From positions 1,696,001-1,760,000 of the forward strand of contig OZ242274.1 in NCBI GenBank assembly GCA_965207375.1: 64,000 nt of DNA, written 5' to 3'. How positions within the stretch are numbered: position 1 is the first letter of the stretch; each line of letters opens with the position of its first letter. Source of the DNA: Nitrosopumilaceae archaeon. GTDB taxonomy: Archaea > Thermoproteota > Nitrososphaeria > Nitrososphaerales > Nitrosopumilaceae. The notes under the pieces were generated by a model. The model did not search any database. It saw only the letters and a list, made by a program, of their open reading frames with translations, and was not told the origin of the DNA. Positions 50,832 through 59,973 of this stretch are shown one piece after another. The position numbers and the translations under genes were made by a program.

Positions 50832-52345
50832 ATGTTTGATGCACAATTAAGAAAAACAAATCCATGGTGGGCAAAAAGAGACGCAATCAAAAAAGACAAA
50901 CAAATCCAAGAATGGCAAAAATCTCAGATAAGGTACGATCCTCCGTTACGCCACAGTATCAGATATGACTTTGAATATGACAATACGGTAGTGTATACAT
51001 TAAGAGGTCCACGGCAGGTTGGAAAGACTACCCTAATCAAACTTCAAATTCAAGAGTTTTTATCTAACAGATTCATATCTCCCTGGAATATCTTCTATCA
51101 TTCCTTTGATTTAATTCAAACTAGAACTGAGATGGTAGAGGTAATTGAAACATATCTACGACTGTCTAAAAAATATCGCAACACATCTAAGAGAACATAC
51201 CTCTTTTTAGATGAAATATCGGCCATAAAAGAATGGCAAAAGGGAATCAAATGGATAATAGACCAAGATTTGCTTGAAAACTGTACCGTACTAGCAACAG
51301 GATCCCATGCAGCAAATATCATCAATGCAGCAGAACGACTTCCAGGAAGAAAGGGACGAATTAAGGATCCACATCACAGACTTTTACGACCCATGACATT
51401 TTCAGAATTTGTACACATTCAAGACAAAGATATCAAAGAATTTATGCAAGAATCACCCTGTATGAGCCATCAAACAAAGACAAATTCCTTCAACAACTTT
51501 ATTCAAAAGAGGTTCCAGAGCAAGCAGATCAATTATACAACAACTTTAACACCGAACTAGGCGATTATTTTTACGAATACATGCTGACAGGAGGAATACC
51601 AAAGATTGTAAATGAAAAGAGCAAAAACGGCATTATTGCCTCAGAACTATATGCTGATTATTTAGACGGGTTAAAAGGAGGCTGGGGCCTACAGCGAAAT
51701 GAGGCACTACTCAAGCAGTTTGCCGCTGCAATAATTAACAGTGCAGGATATACAACTTCATGGGACAGTCTGCGACTACAGGCACAGCTAGGAAGCTGGT
51801 CCACATCGCAAGAATACGCATCATCATTGAAGGAATTGGCAATTATATCCATAATACACAGGTACAATACAAAGAAAAAGACTGCCATGACTGCCAAAGA
51901 AAAAAAGATCTATTTTCATGATCCGTTTTACATGCACATATTTCATAGTTGGATAAATCCAAGTGAGCCATTTGAGGTATCTGAAGAATTCATGGCAGAT
52001 TCGATTAACCAGGGACGCGTAGCAGAAGGAGTGGTGGCAGATCATCTCATAAGACTTGCCTTTGACCTGACAAAAAACAAGCAGGTATTTGACTATACTA
52101 ACCACGTATTTTATTGGAAGGATCACAATAATAGAGAAATCGACTTTATATTTGCAGATAGCGAAAAACAGGTTCCAATAGAGGTCAAATATAGAAACAA
52201 GATTGACAGTAGAGAGCTAGGTGGCCTAGTCAATTTTTTGGATGAAACAGACACTAAAAGTGGCATAGTATTATCCAAAAACGAATCAAGTGAGAGAAAA
52301 GATTACGTCACCATCCCCACAGCCGTGTTTTTAATGATGATATAG
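50832..52345 (+). pseudogene. AAA_14 ATPase plus DUF4143 protein, single frameshift near 51480
   Basis: GPRQVGKTT, FLDEI, TGS in the first ORF; YMLTGGIP, KIYFHDP, EIDF, PIEVK in the second; linker QQLYSKEVPEQ is in the second frame. Confidence 0.8.
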
Positions 52346-53588
52346 GTATAGTACCAAAAAGTAGTCCGCCTAAAAAATCCCACAAAAACAATAATTGCTA
52401 GAAAAACTGCATTTTGAAATATTACGCCTAAAAGCTAAACCCCCCTCTACAAATGCATCATTTAGGCACAGTATCGTTTTTTCAAAAATAGGTAATTTTT
52501 GGGGGGGTTTAACACCTGTTCTTGTATACGATATGCAACCATCAAAACATGGGGATAGCTCAGCAAGATGTTATCCAAAAAATTATCCTAGGCGTAAAAG
52601 CTAAACCCCCCTAAATGCAGCACACATCTTGCATTTCAGATAGGTCTTTGACAATTATAGGCGTAACAGAAACTCATTTTTGATACAATATGATCAAAAA
52701 CCCCCTAGGGTTTTACCACACATTTAGGAATAAGAGACAAGTCTCAAGCATGTATTTCTGTTAAAAATGCCCTATACTTTTACAAAAAAATGCTTAGACG
52801 AACATGAGGATGAAGATGAGAGGCATTAATGATGTTCATAGTAAACTCTCCCAGAATGGGCGTGTGTGGATACGGCGTATAACTAGTCAAGGTATCAAAC
52901 GTATGCAAATTTAGATTTGTAGTAAGCTTGCAAAATTCGTAACTGTTTCGCTTTTTGAAGCTCTCTCAGATAGTCATGCGCAACATCCCCTATCATTGCA
53001 ATTGGGTCTTCCTCAGGATATGATATACAGAAAGGATAATGCTATCCGGGGCTGTAGGAATTTCTTAGAAGGTCATAAAAAACAGTATCTTGAATTAGTT
53101 TGTGTTATAACCCTGCCTAGAATTTTTCAAAATTTGCAATTTTCAGGCCAGATTCGGTCTGGGAGAAATCAATTTGATGATACAATAGACAAAGTTTGAC
53201 CTTTCAGATCCAAATAGTAGGATTGCCTACTCATCTCAGATTGCACATAAGAGATGAGCAAACAATCCTGATACAATACAAACCAAGGAGGTATAAAATC
53301 TTCGGCAACGCCTGGTACATGATTTACAGGAGGTCACAATATTGACAGAGCAAAAAGTTTCGAGTAAACCAAAGCAAAAATCACGTCTAAAGATGACCAA
53401 TGCACAAAACGATGCAAGATATCTAGCAGTTGGACGCATGATATATCCCAAAAAAAATCCAGATCATGACGATGAACTCAAAAGAGCCAACAAAAAGAAA
53501 AACGGTCACCCTTACAGATACGCAGAATCTACAATACTAGCTCTTGCAACAATGAGGGCATTTTGTGGATTATCCTATCGCATACTAG

Positions 53589-55084
53589 GTACTTGTTCAC
53601 GTGGTGTCTACAATTTCACCATTTGTTCAAATTTTGATCACCATCAGATCTAAATCATTCTGACTCACAAGTTGTATAATGAGTACCATCAACTGGAAAA
53701 GTGCATACAAAAAGGAACACCGAAAAGTCCTTCTTCTTGAATCTCTAGTATCAAGTTTACAAAAAATCATATTACAAAAAGATGACCTCCTACTACAAAA
53801 AGATAAAAAAATTCAAGAGCTTACCAAACGTGACAACTATCATGACAATTCCAATACTCCTCCATCTAAGGATTCCATTACACGCAAGCAGGACCGCAAA
53901 ATACGTGCAGAGAACAAAAAATCTACTGGAAAAAAAACAGGGAGGACAACCTGGTCGCACAGGTGTAGCCCGCAAGGTCAAAGTAGATGAAGAAAAAGAG
54001 CACAAATTAGACACGTGTACCAAGTGTGGTTCTCAAGACATACACCATACAGACACCAAAATCAGGATAATAACTGATATTGTGAAAACTCCTCCTCCAC
54101 ATACTTGCAAGCACAAGATTCATGGGTATCATTGCAACTGCTGTGGAGCTACTGACATTACACCCGAGGTTGACATTCCAAAAAAGGGTCAGTTTGGAAA
54201 TGAAGTGATAAAGGAGATAATGGATAATCACATACATCGCATGCCGGTACGTATGAACAAGGAGGCCATGAAAAGACGTGGAATCGAAATATCTGAAGGA
54301 GGTATTCAAAACATCATAGATACAGTCTCTGATGCGTTATTTGTGCCTGCAAATGAGATAAAAGAAAAGATACAGGAAGCCGAGATTCTGATAGCAGATG
54401 AGACATCAGAGCGACTGCATGGAAAGACGATATGGTTGTGGACGTTTCATAATCCAATTACAAGTGAGAATTTCTATATAATTAATCCCAGCAGGGGAGC
54501 AAACGTACTCAAGGAAATAATAGGTGACTCACAAGATATAATCATAACCTGTGACGGATGGCCTCCATACCGCAGATATATCATCCAGAGATGTAACGCG
54601 CACCTAATACGTGAAATCAAAACAATATCACAAAAGAATCCAGATTCTAAAATTGCAAAAAATACACTGCAATGCCTACAAAAGATATACCATGACGGCA
54701 AACATGTCCTAGACAAACCACCTGATTACCGAAAATCATATGCTGGACAATTGGAAAAAAGAACACGTAACCTTGTCAAAAGGTATGCCAATGATGAAAT
54801 TGTGGGTAAATTTGTAGCAAAACTGTCACGGGCCATACCTGACATGTTCCGGTTTGTCATAGACCCTCGTATACCATCTACAAGCAATCTTGCAGAGCAG
54901 AGCCTGCGTGAGTATGTTGTGTGCAGGAGAATATGTAGATGTCTCAGATCTGAAAAAAGTATGGAGCGTAGAGGCAATCTGTATACGTGTGTTACTACCT
55001 GGAAGAATCTGGGACAGGATTATCTAGCAGAGCTGGTTCGGTACATTTAGGGCCAAAAATGCTCAAAAATAGGTGAACAAGTAC
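53589..55084 (+). mobile_element. IS66-family element, second lineage
   Basis: TIRs gtacttgttcac / gtgaacaagtac; 8-bp TSD catactag at 53581-53588 and 55085-55092. Confidence 0.95.
53679..55050 (+). pseudogene. IS66 transposase, +1 frameshift at an A8 tract
   Basis: ORF1 (NSNTPPSKD..KKSTGKK) continues as KQGGQPGRTG in the +1 frame at A8 53930-53937; ADET, TCDG, QRCNAH motifs. Confidence 0.85.
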
Positions 55085-56284
55085 CATACTAGAAGGCTTT
55101 GCAACAGAGGCACTAGGTCAAGAGTATGTTCCAAGCTTTAGTCAGATCCAAAAAAGAATGAAAACCGTCAAGGTGTCAATCAAAGATGACCTCATTACGG
55201 CACAAGGCAAAAAGAGTGCACTTCATCTTGCACCTGATGGTACTGGTCTTAGTCCTAGTAAGAGAAGTGAATACATCAGGTACAGGCACAAAGTACAGCA
55301 CGGATTCATCAGGTTTGTCATTGTTGTAGATACTGACACGCGTGAGATACTCTCCTTTAGCGTAACAGATGAAAGGATAGGTGAGGTCCCACAGTTTGAG
55401 GAACTTACGTGTACTGCACTAGAAAACTGCGGTATAGATGTTGCAGACAGAATTAACCAAGCAGATAAATCAAATGAGGATCAATCAGCATGTCAAAAAG
55501 CAGATGACCCAGAACATCCAATTGCAGATTCACAGAAAGATGAAGACGACATGCAAGAATATCAATCTCTGAATAATGAATTATTGGATGAATTAAAAAT
55601 AGTCGTGCGGGCAGACGGTGGATTTGACTCGCGTAAAATATTTGCATTATGTAAAAAGATACACATTAAACCATGCATCAGAATAAAACACAATGCAAAT
55701 ACGCGTTCAGATGGTGTCAGTAGGGATCGTACTCTTGCAGCCATTGATCAACTAGGTGGTGGTGTATCAGATCCTAAAAAATTTGCACAGCTGACAAAAG
55801 AAGAACGCGAGGCAAACAGGAAGGTCTGGAAAAAAAGGGTGCAATATGGCAAAAGATGGATAGTTGAGATAGTAATATCATCAATTAAGCGATTGTTTGG
55901 TGATTCGGTATCTGCTGTAACGTGGGAAAACATCATACAAGAGATTAATCTCAAGGTACACATCTACAACAAGATGTTACAGGTACAAAGGAGGGCAATA
56001 GCATAAACATACGACTTGAACATTGGTGTACTATGTACCTCACTTGGAAATATGGAGGGGTTATAACACTAACTAGGATCAACGATATTGTGTGCGGTTT
56101 GATAAACCGCAGCATATGGTGGCTGTTAGATCAGATGTCCTGACTGAGGCAGTGCATCTGGATGGTAGCAGACACGCATGAAAAATAATTACGGATCACC
56201 TCTCAGTGCCTCCACAGGAAAAATCAACGCCCTTGCTCATCATGGTGGTGATGTGGAAAGAGGAGGCGAATAATTGCTCAGGTT

Positions 56285-56764
56285 CTAGGGCTTCAGACGG
56301 CAGTCCACGTTTATGCTTACCGTCAGGCCGCCTTCGCGCGTGGAATTCGCGTCCGCGTGCATCGCATTCATGACGCACTTGTCAAAGCCACCTAGTGCGA
56401 GATCGAACGCGCCTGGCTCCGTCACGAACGTGTGCTTTTCACCCGATCGGGACGCGTCTGTCACGCCGTAGTGTTCCGCGTTGCAGTCCAGATGCATCAT
56501 GATTGTGCCATTGCCGCGATTGTCCAAGTTTACGGTGCATGAGTCGTACGACGCGTCGTATCGCGTCTCGACAAGTCCGTCATTCCAGATGTGGGATTTC
56601 CAATTATTCGTAAAGACATGGTATCCGTATTGGGTGTTCTCTATATTTGACCCCATGAATGCAAAGACATGCCAGAAACCACAATACACTACAAGTATGG
56701 CAAGCGCGGTTACCAGAACTATGGTGGTGTACTTGAAAAATTTAGATATCATAAGAACCATCAC
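56285..56764 (-). CDS. Hypothetical membrane-anchored protein in GC-rich islet
   Basis: 159 aa with N-terminal TM. Confidence 0.6.
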   Translation of the reverse strand: MMVLMISKFFKYTTIVLVTALAILVVYCGFWHVFAFMGSNIENTQYGYHVFTNNWKSHIWNDGLVETRYDASYDSCTVNLDNRGNGTIMMHLDCNAEHYGVTDASRSGEKHTFVTEPGAFDLALGGFDKCVMNAMHADANSTREGGLTVSINVDCRLKP

Positions 56765-56797
56765 TTCTGGGAATAAAAAAGGTGTAGATCATAGAGA

Positions 56798-57466
56798 TCA
56801 GCTTGCACTGCTGTATTGCCACCAGCCGGACAGTATGTACGGGGACGTACCTATATCAAAGTTGTCCGAGCCAGATACTGTCTCTCTTTGTTGCCCTTCG
56901 TAGTTAATCGATACGGAGTGGATGTCGTACGGGAACAAGCAGTAGTAGTTGAATGCGGACTCTCCCTCCCATTCAACAAACACCTTACCGATGTAGTCGC
57001 TAGTGTCGGATTCCACTATCCATTCGTCAGTCCATAACCCGCACCACTGCGTCTCCCTGTCGTACAGGTCAGTTGCCGTGGTGCCTTGATCCGATGCGTA
57101 TTTGCTGATGAAGTTTGGTGGATCCTGTAGGTGACTCATGGTACCTGCTTCATTAAGAGTGGATGCGAACCTGTTGTTTATGCCCTTGCCGTCAGACACC
57201 AGCGTGTAGGTGCCGTCACCGTTGAGGTAGAAATTTAACTCCGCCATAGATGACTCGCCGTCTACAGTACTGGTGATTGTAGAGTGATACCAGCCAGAAG
57301 TCGACTGGATAGTGTTGAACGCATACGTGCCTCCGTTACCTTTGACCGTGTATGTGCCCTTGTCGGCTAGGTTGTTGAGGTTATACACGATATGGTCGTC
57401 GTATATTACCTTTGGGTTGTCGTCAGTAGCGGATACCACGCTTATGATTGCATTTCTTAATGTCAT
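56798..57466 (-). CDS. Hypothetical beta-rich protein in GC-rich islet, possibly 5' truncated
   Basis: 222 aa Thr/Ser/Gly/Tyr-rich; frame stays open upstream to the MITE at 57516. Confidence 0.6.
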   Translation of the reverse strand: MTLRNAIISVVSATDDNPKVIYDDHIVYNLNNLADKGTYTVKGNGGTYAFNTIQSTSGWYHSTITSTVDGESSMAELNFYLNGDGTYTLVSDGKGINNRFASTLNEAGTMSHLQDPPNFISKYASDQGTTATDLYDRETQWCGLWTDEWIVESDTSDYIGKVFVEWEGESAFNYYCLFPYDIHSVSINYEGQQRETVSGSDNFDIGTSPYILSGWWQYSSAS

Positions 57467-57593
57467 TATTGAATGGATCGTTGTGGGATTAATAAAGTAT
57501 GGGGGTTTTTGGGTAGGTACATACTCAGGTCGCCTCTGATTCTATGATATAGTTTTTGAACATACATGATCACTTGTAAATTCTCCGGGGCCG

Positions 57594-57745
57594 TATGGAT
57601 AGTATGGACCGATCCCTTGATTTTCATGACACGCAGAGCCACGTGTTCCGACGAAGTCTTCTACATGAATGGGGCAATCCGAGCTGCGGTGAAAGTGACA
57701 CAGAAATGATGTCTGATAGATGAATGCAGCTTACGGTCTGAACAA
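57594..57745 (+). ncRNA. Putative bridge/seek RNA of the IS1111-type element
   Basis: Stem-internal loop-stem agctgc/gcagct plus gaca/tgtc; loop segments match donor junction and target; homolog at 44100-44160 with compensatory inner stem. Confidence 0.5.
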
Positions 57746-57769
57746 TAAAACAGGAGGTGAAAAAAGAAA

Positions 57770-58823
57770 ACGAGAAAACCAAAGTATATTGGAATAGACA
57801 TTGGCAAGAAGAAATGCTTTGTATGCATAAAGGATTATAGCGGTAAGATACTACGTGAAACATCATATTACAATACGGTATCAGGTGCAACAGAGTTTGT
57901 AAAATCTCTAAAGACAAAACATGTTGCAGTATGTGAATCCACAGGAAACATGTGGACAAAAACATTTGATGTGTTTGAAAAGTACGGCATCAAGATAATT
58001 CTGGCAAACCCGGTTCAAACCAAGGCAATTGCATCTGCACGATACCAAGACAGACAAAATGGATGCTCGAACCCTTGCAGACCTGCCGCGTGCAGATCTG
58101 GTAGCTCAGTGTCACGTACCCGACATGACGATACGTCAACAAAAGGAGGTACTGCGTCGCAGAATAGCACTGGTTCGAGAGCGAGTCGAGGTTTCAAATC
58201 GACTAACATCGTTGCTTGACAGGTATGATTTAGTGTTACCAGCAATAAAACTTTGCGCAAAAAAGAATCTAAAGAAACTAGAGTCTCAGACACTAGAGTC
58301 AGATTACGACCAAAAAATGATGGAACAATCCGTGCGACACATAAGATACCTGACAGATGAAATATCAGATATAGAAAATACCGTCGGAGACATTGCACGA
58401 CACAATCAATACGCAAGACTGATCATGAGTCTGACAGGCTTTGATGCGTTTGGTGCATTACTTGTAGCACTTGAGATAGATGACATTTCACGATTCCGTC
58501 ATCCATCAAAGATTGTATCATGGATGGGACTGTGTCCTACGGTATACCAGTCAGGCAACACAACACGACATGGTAAGATGCGCAGGGATGTAAACTCAAA
58601 TGTAAAGTGAATAATGACTCAGGCAGCAAAGACTGCATCACTTCATGATTCCAGGATGGAACAGATCTATGAAAACAGTCGCAAGTCACATCCGTACGGA
58701 ATAGTAGTATCCAAGGTTGCAAACAAACTTGGCAAGATAATCTGGTTCATGTTACGAGATGATCTGCCGTACAAGCAACGCAAGAATAAACTGTATACGA
58801 CAAAGCTTCTCAAGCTACATTAG
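57770..58823 (+). pseudogene. IS110 DEDD recombinase/transposase, inactivated
   Basis: YIGID, CESTG, KTDKMD, GLCPTVYQSG motifs; ACG in place of ATG after aggaggtga SD, frameshift near 58040, TGA at 58608-58610. Confidence 0.9.
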
Positions 58824-59141
58824 GATGGTATCTGCAGGTGGTGACTCACCTCCTGCCCCGCCACCCACCCAATGATTGCATTAGGATTAGGATGAAACAC
58901 ACTAGCGGATACTAAGCTTGTACAAGGTGATACCATCAGAGTAGTCAGGCACGAACTCTTCCCTAATCTTTATCAATGCACAAATCAAGTCAAGATAGAC
59001 CGAAAGTATTAGGATAGTCCATCCTGCGGCCCCGGAAATTTATATAGATAAAAATTTCATATCTGAAAAATTTACGACCGAAGTTTGTACCATAGAACCT
59101 ACAAAAGAAATAATTTTATGTTAGTATGATAAATTAAAATC

Positions 59142-59273
59142 ATGGAAGAAAGCATGAATAAATCACACACATTCATCTCAAAAGAGAGTTATACTGAGGA
59201 GGAGATAAGCAAACTCATTGACAATCTGTTAAATAGACACTTCAAAGTATATGATCGTCTTGCGGAAATCTAA
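59142..59273 (+). CDS. Small putative antitoxin of a Doc/Fic toxin
   Basis: MEESMNKSHTFISKESYTEEEISKLIDNLLNRHFKVYDRLAEI; stop abuts the next ATG. Confidence 0.45.
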   Translation: MEESMNKSHTFISKESYTEEEISKLIDNLLNRHFKVYDRLAEI

Positions 59274-59370
59274 ATGTTTTATCCAGATCTTCTACATGTT
59301 AAACAAATCATAGCGAAGATAAATAGACGCTATTGTATGGATATTGTGATAGTCAACAAAGGTCAATACC
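59274..59370 (+). pseudogene. Truncated Doc/Fic-like toxin N-terminus
   Basis: MFYPDLLHVKQIIAKIN...IVNKGQ then runs into an IS110 relic. Confidence 0.35.
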
Positions 59371-59378
59371 CAGACAGG

Positions 59379-59425
59379 GGTCGATCCATCACTAGTACAG
59401 CGCCGGGGTGGTTATCATGTGTTCA
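59379..59425 (-). repeat. 47-bp inverted copy of 44058-44104
   Basis: 44 of 47 positions identical by manual alignment. Confidence 0.85.
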
Positions 59426-59490
59426 CAAATTAACTCCATTATGTGAACAAGTACGATTCAACTATATACTGTAAAATTAGAAATTTTAGC

Positions 59491-59955
59491 ATGATTCGGG
59501 TGGGCATGATCCTAATAATTGGCGCAATAATAGCATCAATGGCAGTAGCGATGATGTTTTTCTTAGAATATCAACCAAATATTTTGGAGACAGGACTAGG
59601 AGAGCAAATTACAGTAGGACCTACAACATACACCTTGTCATATGAAGGAATAGAAAAAGGTAGTAAAGAAATAGAATCAGATAAAACATTTATCAAAATT
59701 GGAATTCTAGCAAAAGACTCAGATGGAGACACAGTAACTGCAGAAAAAAAGCAATTCATATTACTAGATAAAAACAATGTGCAAACCGAGCCAACACACG
59801 GAATATTTGTGGAAGGATCCCCACAGATTATAGCATATTTCCCATTAGAGGACAAAGCCCTAGACGAGGAATTTCAGTACAAGATAATGATTAGGCCCAC
59901 CAAAGAACAGGGCTCAACAGACTTGGCCTTTGTATGTATTACAAATTGCCAATAA
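59491..59955 (+). CDS. Membrane-anchored DUF4352-like protein
   Basis: N-terminal TM, GEQITVGP, IRPTKEQGSTDLAFVCITNC. Confidence 0.65.
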   Translation: MIRVGMILIIGAIIASMAVAMMFFLEYQPNILETGLGEQITVGPTTYTLSYEGIEKGSKEIESDKTFIKIGILAKDSDGDTVTAEKKQFILLDKNNVQTEPTHGIFVEGSPQIIAYFPLEDKALDEEFQYKIMIRPTKEQGSTDLAFVCITNCQ

Positions 59956-59973
59956 ACGAGATAAAACTAGAGT

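Larger units (their letters stand above)
53342..56006 (+). pseudogene. IS5-family transposase split into 53342-53588 and 55093-56006
   Basis: GHPYRYAE..LSYR N-part; APDGTG, RADGGFD and YGKRWIVEIVISSIKR C-part. Confidence 0.88.
53096..56075 (+). mobile_element. IS5-family element disrupted by IS66
   Basis: TIRs tagtttgtgttataaccc / gggttataacactaacta; removing IS66 and one TSD restores LSYRILEGFATEALGQEYVPSFSQIQKRMKTV. Confidence 0.88.
57568..59049 (+). mobile_element. IS110-family, IS1111-type element
   Basis: Sub-terminal IRs tgtaaattctccggggccg (7 nt from left end) and cggccccggaaatttata (3 nt from right end); AT core at both junctions; no TSD. Confidence 0.88.
57516..59091. repeat. ~92-bp MITE-like repeat copy 3, split by IS1111-type element (57516-57567 + 59050-59091)
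   Basis: ggtacatactcaggtcgcctctgattctat..gaacatacat | aaaaatttcatatctgaaaaatttacgaccgaagtttgtacc. Confidence 0.85.
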
